The notes below the pieces were generated by a model, which was not told where the DNA came from, did no database searches, and saw only the letters and a program-made list of their open reading frames with translations. The position numbers and the translations under genes are program-made. Positions 46,401-57,909 of a DNA stretch of 64,000 nt are shown in pieces (positions within the stretch are counted from its first letter, which is position 1; every line of letters starts with the position of its first letter). Source of the stretch: Cyanophora paradoxa CCMP329 (lineage: Eukaryota; Plantae; Glaucophyta); contig QPMI01000241.1 of the NCBI GenBank assembly GCA_004431415.1, forward strand, positions 62,001 to 126,000, in the 5' to 3' direction.

Positions 46401-48013
46401 CTCCGGCGGGTTCGTGTCACGAGCGGCGTCCTGCGAATTCCAGGCGGGGGGTCGGCGCCGCACAGAACGCGCGCGATCGCGAGAACGTTAACGGGGCCGG
46501 GGCGCTGGCGCACGCAGATGCTCTTGGCGAGGGCGCTGGCGCCGGTGCCCTGCGTGGGGGGGGCGGCCATCCAGCAGAGGACGAAGCCAGCGAGGCCGTT
46601 GACGTGCGTCCACTGCGCTGTCGCCGTCGTCTCTGTGGGCGTCCCGATCGTCGCGATGTCGAAGGCCTCGTCCTTGGCGAGCTTGCCCACCGTGAAGTAG
46701 CTGTTTGAGCCGATGCACGCCCGCGCGTCCTGCGCGCGATCGCGCGTCCCGCGTCGGCCTCGGCCGCCCGGAGCGGATTTCAATTTCAATCACGAGTTCC
46801 GCACCTTCATGTCTATGTTGATCGTGGACGCGGAGAAGCCGGGCAGGCCGCTGTTCGTGATCCTGACGACGATCTCCGCGTTGGTGCGCGAGGTGATCGC
46901 CCAGCCCGTGCCCGAGGCCGTCGCCGCGCTGGCCGCCGCGGTGACGGTCGTCGTGAAGATCGACGCGGCCTTGACGCCCTCGCTGTTCGTGTTGGCGACC
47001 TCGAACGTGGCCGAGAGCGGCTCGGAGAGGCGGAAGGGGTTGTCCGCGCGCGACGCGAGCGCCAGCGTGCACTCGAAGACGTGCGGGCCGGTGGCCGAGT
47101 CGCCGACCCGAGAGCACGCCGTGTTCGCGTTGCTGGTGACGTCGTTGTTGCGGCCTGTGCATGCGATCGAGAGCCATCAAAATGCGGCTCAAGGGAAGAG
47201 ACGTTGCTGCGGGAGCGTAATTGATAGCGGCGGAAGGGGGAGGATTCGCGATCGATAGCCGTCATATGCATGCGGTACCGGTAACGATCGCGAATTCGAA
47301 AGAGCTTGAGCCTCAGAGGCAGGACAGGGCGGGGCCGGGGGCTCCCCAGGGAAGAAGGGAAAGGGGGCGAAGCTCGAGCGGGCGGCTCACCGCAGTCGGG
47401 GCCGGTTGAGATGAGCGCTCCCGTGCAGCCCGTTTGCTGCGCGGCTGGTCGGGAAGGGGGCGGCCGGGGCCGGGGGCCCGAGGGCGATTGCAATCACGAC
47501 TCGGACCTGCACGCGGACGGCGCCGGGCTGGGCGGCGAGGTCGGCGACGGTGACGGTGAAGACGGTGCCCGAAAGGGAGGCCGTGATGCCGGCCGCCGAG
47601 GAGGAGCCTGGGTCGGCGGTCGGGAGGGCGATGGTCCACGAGGCCGCGTCCGCCGAGACGGTCACCTCCGCGCCCTGCACCTCGCCGACCTTCCCCGACT
47701 TCGCGTCCATCGTAACGACCAGCTTGAAGGTCGACCCCGTCGCCACGACCGAGTACGATGGGTCCGAGTCGAAGTGCGAGTTTTTGCCGGCTGCGCAGCG
47801 GGCGCCGTGGCCGGTCAGGAGTCTAACGGCGGAACGAGCAGGCCTAGGCGAGCAGCGCTCTAGCAGCGGGCGGAGCCACGAGAAAGGGCTGTCGAGGCAC
47901 TGCGGCATGCTATAGATCGCGCGGCATGTCGCACCGCAAGCCGCGGAGGTGAGGCTGACCACGGCGAAGAAAGCCAGCACAGCGGCCAGGCGCGCCGCAT
48001 AGTTGCGATCCAT
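43439..48013 (-). CDS. Type I membrane protein with a signal peptide, fibronectin type III/Ig-like beta-rich repeats and a Ser/Pro-rich cytoplasmic tail
   Basis: Signal MDRNYAARLAAVLAFFAVVSLTSAA. FN3-like strands HDLTGLKKCQTGANSYSVAVY, GFKYTATVKAC and GFKYTVRIKACN. TM AVPVGAVVIGVVAVVVVVARAK near 43850-43915. Confidence 0.7.
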
Positions 48014-48842
48014 CCTGAAGCCTCGCTGACTGACGTCCGATGCGAGTAACCGCACGAACCGCCCGATCGGGGAGCCGTCCGGCCTGGGAGCTCCGAGACT
48101 CGACTAACTGCCGGCGAACGCTGGGCGCACTGCAGGCTGCAGCTGCTCAAGCCTAGTAGTAGATCTGCCTTTGCCGGCGCTCGCGTCGATCGCTGACTGC
48201 GGAGCGGCGGTCGGCGTCGTTCCGACAGCGTAAAAGCAGTGGCTGCTGTTGCAGCCTGCAGGCACGCCGCTTCTTGTTGTTATTCAGGAGACTGTACCCC
48301 AAACTCAGGAAATTCTTCGGCCGAACACACGAACGGGTCCGCGGCGACTCCGCGCACACGATCCTGATTCCTGATCATGCATATGCGTGCAGATGAGGAT
48401 CGGAGCGACGGAGCTGCATCGAGCCACGAGAAAGGGCTAGCGCTAGGCGCCGCTACCCGGTAGCGCGCGCGCGCTGTCGGCCCAGTGTCGGGGCACTGCG
48501 GCTGCAGTGCGGCATGCTCTAGATCTAGCTCTAGATTTCGATCTAGATCGCGGCCGGGGCGAGGGAACTGATTGAGGGAGCTGCGCATACAGCGCTGCAA
48601 CTGCGCATGCAGCGCTGCACGGCTGCGCGCATTCATGCCAGTGAAGCTGCTTAGTGTGTACGCTGCCGGGCCGCCAAAATTGAGCTACAAGCTGCGAAGG
48701 AGGTTTAGGGATGACCGCGGCCCGATCGCGGGGCCGCAGCCCGGGCGGCTCGGCGCGCGGACCCCCGCGGTGCCCGCGGAAACGGGGAGAGGGAAGGGGA
48801 GGGGGGTGGGGGGAGGGAAGGGGGGAGGGCGGGCGATGACGA

Positions 48843-51800
48843 TCAGCCCCTCCTCTTCTCGATGAAAGACTGCGGGGGCAGGCGTCGGGGGGCGCAGGGG
48901 GAAGAGAGACGCAAGGACGGGGCCTGGCACCTTGAACCAGTTCCTGGCGAGCTTCCCCTCGGGGCTCGCCCCCGCCGCGCTCCCCGTCGCCTGCCCCGCC
49001 GCCGCCTGCCCCGCCCGCCCCCTGAGCGCGGCCAAGCGAGAAGCCAGAGCGGAGCGGGGCGGGGCGGGGGCACCTGGATGGCGGCGAGGAACTCGGCGGC
49101 GGCGGCGGCGTCGCAGCGGGGGAGGCCCGGCAGCACCCGCTCCGCGAAGTGCTGCCCCGCACGCTCGGCCTCGCGGAGGGGGGGGGGGGGGGGGGGGAGG
49201 GGAGGGGGGGGGGGGAGGGCTACCTGCGCGATCGGCTGCCCGATGCGGACCCAGGCCGCCTGCGGAGCGGGGCGGGGGGCGGGGCGTTAGGGGGCACACG
49301 CCTCTGGCGGGGAGGCGGGGGAGGGGGAGGGGGCGTGCCTTGAGGACGTTGAGGGCGTCGCCGACGACCTGCGGGGCCCCGAGAGGGGTCAGAGAGGGGC
49401 GCCGAGGCCGGGGCCGGGGCCGGGGGCGGGGGAGGCGGGGCGGGCGGGCCTGGTTGGCGACGGCGTCGGCGAGGTTGAAGGCGGGGCGCATCGGGCACCG
49501 CAGCGCCGCCGGCGCCATCTGCTCCACCACGAACTGCGCCCGCCTCAGGCGGCGGCGCGTCGCGGGGCGGGGTGGGGCGGGCGGGGCGGGGCGGGCCTGG
49601 TTGAAGCCGGGGCAGCGGGAGGCCTCGTTCGGGCCGCCCCAGAGCTCGATCAGCTTCAGCATCGCCAGCAGGCACTGCCGGTTCGCCTGCGCGCGCGCCC
49701 CGCCCCGCTCGCACGCCGGCGCGAGCCCGGGGCCGAGGCGGGGCGGACGGCGGGGTCCGGGTGGCTGCAGCCGGCCACGAGGGTCCCCAGCACGTCGTTC
49801 AGCGACTTCACGTTCCCTGCCCGCGACGCGCCGCGTCAGACCGAGCTCCAGCTCCCGCTCGGAGGGCGGGGGCGTGCCCGGGGAGGTGAGGACGGTGTCG
49901 AGGCCGTTCTGGACGAGCATGCAGAGGAGCGTGAAGTAGGCGCGCTGCAGCTCCGCCCGCTCCCGCTCCTCCTCCGACGGCGCCCCCGCCGCCGTCGCCG
50001 CCGCCGCCCCCGCCGCCGGCGTCCCCTGCGTCGCCTGCACGCCTGTCAGAGGCGATGTCGCGGGCGCGGGGGCGGGCTCCGGGAGGGGGGTACGGCGCGC
50101 CTGGACGACGCGGCGGACGAGGACGAGGATGGACTCGTTGACGACCGGGAAGAGGGCCGCCTGGCGGTGGAAACGTGAGGCGTGGGCGCGGGGCCCTCCG
50201 GAGGGGCGCGGGGCCGGGGCGGGCCTTGAACTTGATGACGAGCTGGTTGTAGAGGGCGAGGAACGCCAGCAGGTCCTGGGCGGGCGGAGGTCGGCCGCGG
50301 GGAGGGGACCGGGGAGAGGGGCACGGCACCTTGACGGAGCAGTTGGAGAGGAGGTGGGAGACGCAGCCGGGGAGGTAGGCCTGGGGGGCGCGGCGGCTCG
50401 GGGGGCGCGGGGAGCGTGCCGGGGAGGGGTACGGCGCACGACGACGTCGGGGCCGAGGACGTCGACCATGCGGTGGAGGAGGAAGATGACCTGGCGGCGC
50501 GCGCACGCGGGGTCGGCGGGGCACGGGAGCGAAGGACGAAGCGGGGTTACGCGGGCGCGCCTTCTGGTGGATGGCCTCGTTGGCGCGGAGGGCGACGGAG
50601 ACGCGCAGCACCGCCTCCAGGAAGCGCTGCGAGGGGGGTACCGGGTCGGACAGGAGGGAGGGAGGGAATGTCTGGGGGAAGGGCGGGGGGTACGGTAAAG
50701 AGGCCCCAGGAGGCGTCGCGGCGGGAGCCGACGCCGCCGCCGACGGCCTGCGTCGCGGCGTGCGCGGGGAAGCCTGCGGGGCGTCAGGCGGCTGAGCTCG
50801 AGCCGGCTGGGGGCGGGGCGGGGGCGGGGGCGGGGGCGGGCCCTTGGAGAGGTGGCCGACGGCGGTGACGACGTGGCAGACGAGCGCCTCCACGTGCGGC
50901 GCCCCGATCTGGGGGACCCGCCGGGGGTCAGCCCCCGCGCCCCTTCTCACTCCGTCGTGCGCGCGCGGCGCGCACGAAGTCGCCGGGGGCGGCGGAGGCG
51001 GCGACTTGGGCGAGGAGCTCGAGCACGGGGCCGATGATCGCCTGCGCCGGGGCGCGTGAGGGGCCGGGGCGGGGCGGGGCGAGGCGGAGGGGTGGGGGCG
51101 GGCACGGAGAGGTAGGCGGCCTGCTGGTCGGGGGCGCAGATGTCCGACCCCAGCAGCTGCCCCACCGCCTCGTACAGGTTCACCTGGTCGTCGTCCTACG
51201 AACAAAGTTCGAGGGGCGGGGGCGGGGCTGGAGCGGGGCGGGCGGGGCTTGCCGGGATGGGCCCCTCGGGCTTGCCGGCGGAGAGGCGGGCGCCGGGGGC
51301 GCGCGGGGCGGCGCGGGCGGCGCTGACGGCGAGCAGGTCCTGGATCCCCTGCAGGATCGTCCCCGTGTACGGCGCCAGGCTCGTCCGCAGGCTCTGGGGG
51401 GTACGCGTCAGGCCGCAGGGGGGAGAAGGGAAGGCTGGGGTACGGGCGGGCCTTGGCGAGGCGGAGGAAGAGGTAGGCGGCGCGGCTGCGGACGTGGGGC
51501 GACGCGTGCCGCACGCCGCTGCGCCCCGCGCGGTGAGGCCGCGCGCGGGGCGGGGGGGAGGGGCCGAGGGGCACCGGTCGTCGAGGAAGGCCTGGAGGGT
51601 CGCCTGCACCCACGCCGCCTGCTGCCCCAGCGTCTGCGCCCGGGCCCGAAGGCCCGCCCGCGTCGGCCCGTGCGCCGCGGGGACGAGAGGGCCCACCCAG
51701 CCCCGCCCGCGCCGCGCGGACCTTGTAGTAGCGGACGGCGTTCTCGAAGAACATCAGCTGTACGGCGCGGTGCGGGTACCCCGCCACGTCTGCCCCGCCG

Positions 51801-54569
51801 CCTAAGCGGGGGCGGGCGGGCGGGCAAGCGCGGCAGCCGGGGGCCGGGGGGCGGGCTCACTGGACAGGACGATGCGGCCGAGGACCTCAGCGAACGCCGC
51901 GTCCTTCGAGAGCGCCTCCTCTGCGGCGGAGGCTCGCGGCGGGCGGGGCGCGTGGGGCGCGGGGCGGGGGCGGACCGGTGAGGGCCTCCCCGAGCTGGTA
52001 GACGAGGGCCAGAGCGGCCTCCACCGGCGCAAACGGGAGCGACTGGCGGGGCCGGCGGGGGCGGACGTCAGACGCCGGGCGGAGGTCCAAAGGAGGAAAG
52101 GCGGGGCGGGCGGACGGCGAGCTGCTGGCAGACGCCGGCGGCGGAGGTGTAGACGAAGGACTTGGCGAGCTCCGGCGCCAGCCGCGCCACGTTCTGCAGC
52201 GACGCCGGCGCCCGTCAGCCCGCAGTGCGCCGGGGCGGGGCGCCGGGGCGGGGCGGGGCGCTCGCCTTGAAGACGGTGGCGAGGTCCTTGCGGAACTCCT
52301 GGAACTCCGCCTCCTCCTCCCCCTCCCGCTCGAAGCTGTACGTCTCGTCGTACTGCAGCCTGCCCCGCCCCTCGGGCTCAGCCGGCTGCGAGGGGCCGGG
52401 GGCCGGGGCCGGGAGCGGGGCGGACTTGCGGGCGATGGCGGCGAGGAGCTTCTGGAAGTGCTCGCCCTCCAGCGCCGACACCGCCGCCCCCTTCTTCACC
52501 TGCCCCCGCCCCCTCGCTCGCGCCCCGGTGGGGGGCGGGGTCGGCGGGGGGTACGCTCGCTCACCTGGGCGGAGACCATCGCGACGTACGCGTGGACGAA
52601 CGGCAGCGCCGCCGACGAGACGTCGTCCTGCGCGTCGGGGGCGCGCGGTCGGCCCCCCCGGGCGGGGCGGGGCCCCCGGGGGGTACGGGCGCACGTCCTC
52701 GCTCTCCATGAACTGGAAGACGATCGGGATGAGCTCCACCACCGCCTTCTCGCACGTCTCTGCGCCCGTACCCCGCGTGGGGCGAGGGCCGAAGGCGGGG
52801 GGCACAGGCGGGCGCGGGGCGGGGGCGGCGCGGCGCACCGACGACCTCGGCGGTTCCCGGCCCGGGCTTCTCCATGAGCTGAGGGAGGGAAAAGAGGCGG
52901 GCGATCAGGCTCGGGAGGGGGAGGGCCGCGGAGGGGCGGGGAGGGCGCCTTGTCGATGATGCCGAGGAGCTCGAGCCCGACGCCCTGCGCCGCCAGCGTC
53001 GAAAGCTTCGCCGAGTCGTCGCCCCACTTCTGCGAGGGCGTCACGGGGGTACGCGGTCTGGCTCCTGGGGGGTACGCACCGGGGCGATGGTGCGGATGAC
53101 TTCGATGAGGCGGAGCTGCGCGGGCGGCTCGCGGGGGGGAAGAAAAAAGGAAGGGAAAAGGAGGGGAGAGGAGGGGGGCGTGCCCGCTCGATGAGGGAGG
53201 CCTTGAGCACGGGGTCCATCCCCTTCCCGACCATCTGCGCCCCCGGCCGCGTCAGGCAAGCGGAGAGGGCGGGGCGCAACGAAACATGAAGGCGGCGCAC
53301 CTCGAGGAGGCAGTCCGCGGCCTCGTCCCGAAGCTGCGGGCTGCGGCGGGGCTCGCGGGGGTACAGGCGCGCGGGGTGGGGTCGGGGGCGGGGGTACGCG
53401 CCTGGAAAGGAAGGTGAAGAAGAGCTGAACGAAGCGCTCCGTCGCGACCAGGCCGATGTCGATCCAGGCTGGCGGGAGGGGGGTACACGTTATGCTCGGG
53501 CCCCGGCGGCGTCCGGACGAGTGGACGGGGGGGGGTACGCTCTCACCGACGTAGCGGGCGAGGGTGGTGAGGCAGGCCTTGGCGAGGTCCGGGGCGCTCG
53601 CGTGCGTCCCCAGCAAGATCGTGTACCACGCGTCCACAAGCTGCGGGGGTACGCCGTTACTTCCTTTTCGGGCACGCGGATTCCTTTTGCAGAGGCGCGC
53701 ACCGCCGGGACGCTGGTGTGGCGCATGGCGTTCTTCTGCAGAGGGCGTAAGAAGGTAGGGGACGGAGGGGCGGGAGGGTACGCGCGATCTGGGCGTTGCG
53801 CTGGAGCTCCTGCTGGGGGCGGGAGAAGTCGAGCGAGGCGATCTCGTCGTCCACCGTGTTCAGGATGCGGAAGAACATATCCACGAGCGCCGGCACCCCC
53901 GTCTGCGGCCGGGGTACGCGTCGCTCGGCGCGGGCGGCAGGGGAGCGCGGGCGGGCGGGCCTGGGCCATTCCGAGGAGGTCGTGGAAGAACGAGGGCCAC
54001 TCCTCGGGGTACTCGAACTTGGCCAGCAGCACGATGCACTGCGCGAACTTGTTCTTGAGGAGTACCGCGCGGCGTCAAGGGCGGCGCGCGGCGGGCCGGC
54101 GCGAGGGCGGTTCGGGGCGCGGGCGGGCGGCTGCGAGGATATACTGCCGGTCGGGCGAGAGGCCGGGGACGACATCGCGCAGGTACTGCAGGAATGCGTT
54201 CCTGAGCGCCGCGCGGTCGGACGCGTCGATCTGGGCCAGCCTGCCGGCCCCGCGCGATCGTCAGCCGTGCGGCGGCGAGTCGTGCCCCGCGCGGGCAACG
54301 CACCGCTGCTGAATGACCTCTTGGATCAGTTGCATGCACCAGAACGTGACTTGCGGCGGCGCAGTGGCCGACGTGAGGATCTGCTGGACGCACACCTTCC
54401 ACGAGTCTGCACCGCCGCCCGGGCGTCAATCGCGAGCGGCCGCGGCGATCTTGCAGAGCGCACCAGGCTGCGTCTTCCACTGATCCAAGAACGCCGACGC
54501 CTGCGCCTTCACCGCCGGGTCCGCCGTCGGGTTGAAGACGAGGGAGACCGCTTGCTCCAGGCTCCCCAT
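48843..54569 (-). CDS. XPOT: Exportin-T (tRNA exportin; XPOT/Los1/PAUSED family)
   Basis: Importin-beta-like N-terminus MGSLEQAVSLVFNPTADPAVKAQASAFL. Family-typical segments LKNKFAQCIVLLAKFEYPEEWPSFFHDL, WIDIGLV, MVGKGMDPVLKASLI, EEEAEFQEFRKDL, FFENAVRYYK and HVRSRAAYLFLRLAK. Confidence 0.92.
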
Positions 54570-55532
54570 CGCTGCGCTGCGGTAACGCAACGCACGTCAG
54601 CACATCGCGCTCCCGTCGCACCCGCCCGCTTGGCCGCACGTCACCGTGATGTGCGCTTGGCGCTCGCCGGCGTCGGTCGCGAGATCGGTGGCGTCGGTCT
54701 GCTATGCCTCCATCGTGGCCTTCGTGTTCGTGAGAGTGTCCCTGGTCTGCACCGGCGGTTGGAGGAATTGCTTGCTGGAGGGGTATACGTAGAGGGCGGC
54801 CACCTGCAGTTGCGCGGCGAAAACAAAGAAGCGGATCGATGTCTCCATCATGATCAGAGCTCGTGACTGGCGCGGCGGATCGCCGCGGCGATTTGCCGTT
54901 CGCCGCGGCGCAGCTGCAGCAACTGCAGCCGCCGCACGCGTTCGATCGCTTGAGGACGCGGCCGCGGGCATCGATGTCGGCGCGAGTGCCCGGCCTCGAC
55001 GTCGGCGCGCCATGGCCCCCGCGCGCCTCGACGTCGGCGCGCGCCGCCCTGGCGCCCGCGCGCGCCGCGGCCGCAGGCCGCGTCGGCGCCGGCCCGGCGG
55101 TGTTCGCGCGCGCATGCAGGGGGCGTAAATTTCGATTTGATCGAGGGGAAATTAATTCGATGCTTGATCATGAGGGGGCTCTATATAGCTAGCTAGCGCT
55201 AGCTGCGCGCTAGCTATAGATCTAGATTATAGATCGAGCTCGAGGGGGTGCTAGCTAGGACCGGAGGGGCCGGGGCGCCCCGGCCCGGCTGCATGAGCTC
55301 GAGGGGATCGGATCCGGATCCAGAGTGCATATATGCATGAGGGGAGCGCGCATGCGCATGCATGCGTGCGCGCGCATGCTCGCGAGCTCGAGATTAAATT
55401 CGAAGGCAACCTATATATATAGGCCTTATATTTAAGAGCTCGAGACGTATACATCGCGCATATCGGTATCTCGATCGACGAGCTCGAATTGGAAGCACCG
55501 CAGCAATTGCAAACACGTCCTTCCACCGACAC

Positions 55533-56320
55533 ATGTCTGACTGGCTATCCTGGCTCGGGACGAACCGTCCCCACGACGTCCGGCAGGCGGTGCGCGCACC
55601 GATTTCTTCGAGCGCGAGTGCTTCTCGCGTCGTACGTGATCTTGAGCGCGGACTGCAGCCCGAGACGAATCAGCCCCGCCGCCGGAGCCTCGTCGACGCG
55701 CTCCTCGGCAGAAACAAATCAGAGCCGGAGCCCGTCGTGCGCGCACCTTGCTCAATATTTTAATTTAGGCCACGTGAGAGCACGAGAGAGCGAGCAGAAT
55801 CCTCGCTGCGGAACCTCAATTTCTTATGCCTCCCCTTCCAGTTGAAGTCGGAATTTCTGACGCCTCCCCTTCGCGATCCAGCACGGCCCGAGCGTGTACA
55901 GAACTGGGCACGAGAACACGTGGGCTGACGTGTTCGACCCCGCGCGCATGCGGCGTGTGGGAGACGGTGCGATCGCCCCGCGCGCGCTCCCGCTGTGCCT
56001 TCGCGCTTCCTCACAGCTTCTTCGCCGCTTCTTCCGCAGACTTCTACGACAATCCCAAGGTGGACATGCGCAGCATCGACCAGATCATGGCTCAGTCCCG
56101 CGCCGGTGCGGTCTTTGCTGTAGGTGTCAAATTAATTTGATCTCGCCCTTGAATTTGATTCGGCCCGTCGGCCCAGGCAAGTCGAACCTGGACAAGCAAG
56201 AGGCGCTCCAGGAGCAAGCGGCCGCGAAGTGCGCACGAGCGCTGGGCGCTCTTTCCAAGATCGCGTGCTGATCCCCCCCGGCGGCGCAGCCGGGAGATGG
56301 CGAAGGAGCGCGCGGACTGA
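55533..56320 (+). CDS. Small hypothetical protein (multi-exon)
   Basis: Exons appear to join as MSDWLSWLGTNRPHDVRQA|PETNQPRRRSLVDALLGRNK...|LKSEFLTPPLRDPARPERVQNWAREH|DFYDNPKVDMRSIDQIMAQSRA|GKSNLDKQEALQEQAAAK|REMAKERAD*. Confidence 0.6.
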
Positions 56321-56365
56321 AACTGGCCGATCGTCCATGTACAGTAGACTGGGAAGGAGCAGTCG

Positions 56366-57351
56366 CTAGGCGATAACGATGCGCTTGAGATTGTGTACAT
56401 AAGAATAGCGAGTCGATGAAGAAGGGAACTGCGGGGGTGGGAAGAGCCTGGGCGAACGGGCAGGGATGGGAGGCCGAGGAGGGGGCATGGCCAGAGAAGT
56501 TCGGAGCGGGCACTCCGGCGGAGCCGGCGGAGGTGCTAGTTGAACGATTGCCCCGGGACCAACGTCAGATGGACTGCGGGGCACGTGGATCAGAGGGGAC
56601 CGGGGCTCGGGGCGCGGCGGCGCGCACTCCTGAGCTTGTGCGAGTATACAATGGAGGCCAGCTTGACGCCTGCATGCGGCGCGTCGAAGGGCGCGGCGGG
56701 GCGGGGCGAGGGCGGGGGGCGAAAGGGGCCCGCACAGGACTCGAAGAGGTAGAGAAGGATGGCGCCTGTGACGGCCGCCCCGTACTTCCCCGGGGAGACC
56801 AGGCCCTGCGCCGCCAGGCTCGACGTCACCAGCGTCACCCCGTCCACCAGCACTGCCACCCCGCCTTCAGCGGGCGCGGCGGGCGCGGCGGCGGCGCCCC
56901 GCGGGCACCCGAGATCGCCGAGAGGACTCCGTACACGTAGAGCGCGTGCACTCGCAGCAGATCTGCCGGCGAGCGTCGGCGACACGCGCGGTGCGGGCGG
57001 ACGCGCGCGGGGCGGACCTTGCGCGTAGTACCTGCAGGCGCGCGCGCGCCTCCGAGTCAGGGGCAGCGAGGCGTCCGGAGCGGCAAGCGCCGCACCCGAG
57101 GAAGAGCAGGCCCATGTCGACCGCCGAGAAGTTTGCGAGAACGAATGACCCAATGAAATAGTAGATGACCTGCGGGCCGTCGGCGGCGGCGCAAACGCGC
57201 GCGCGGGGCGTGGGCCGGTGTAGTCTCACATCGAGTCCTAGCATGAGAGCGAGGGAGCGCCGGAACTTCTTCGACAGGTCTTTCGAGATGAGGCTAGGCG
57301 TTGGATGCAGCGCCTGCGCAAGATGCAGCGTTCGTGTGAGCGTGGAACCAT
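56366..57351 (-). CDS. Hypothetical multi-pass membrane protein (about four TM helices, Pro-rich C-terminal tail)
   Basis: Hydrophobic exons VIYYFIGSFVLANFSAVDMGLLFLG, LLRVHALYVYGVLSAIS, GVAVLVDGVTLVTSSLAA and YGAAVTGAILLYLFE are bounded by splice signals. Confidence 0.6.
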
Positions 57352-57909
57352 TGAATAGCTAAGGGGCGCGGAGGGGCGCCGAGTCGCGCTAGCTGCCGCC
57401 GGCGGCACGACGAAGCGTGTGTTGTGTGCTCTGCAACCGCCGGACCCGCTGACCACACGCGAGCTCGGAACACAAGCCGCGGCCGACCACATCGGCGCAT
57501 ATGACCGGACGCGCTTTAGGGGGGGCGTACGCGCTTAAAGGGCATACCGTCGCATCACTTCTCGCAGCGCCTGAGAAGAAGTGCTCTGGCGGGGCGTCAG
57601 GCCGTGAAAACCGGTCCGGCGTGCTCGCCAACCACAAAAACGTACCCTGAGCTTCGGGATCAATGCGCGGGTCGTTTTCAGGAGCGCGCAGGAAGTCCCC
57701 GAAGCCAGAGAGACTCATTGTCCACGCTCCTGCTGCAAACTTGTGTGGGAACGAAGTCTGCGCGCCTACCCTTGCAGTCCTCGACACTGCGTACCCCCGA
57801 AGTGTGGCGAAGCGAGCGAGGCGTTGCTCCGCAATCGCCTTCCTTCGTTAGCTAAGCTTTGGCGGGAATACGTCGTCCAGAGTATATGCTGTGCTGAACA
57901 GCCGTAGGG

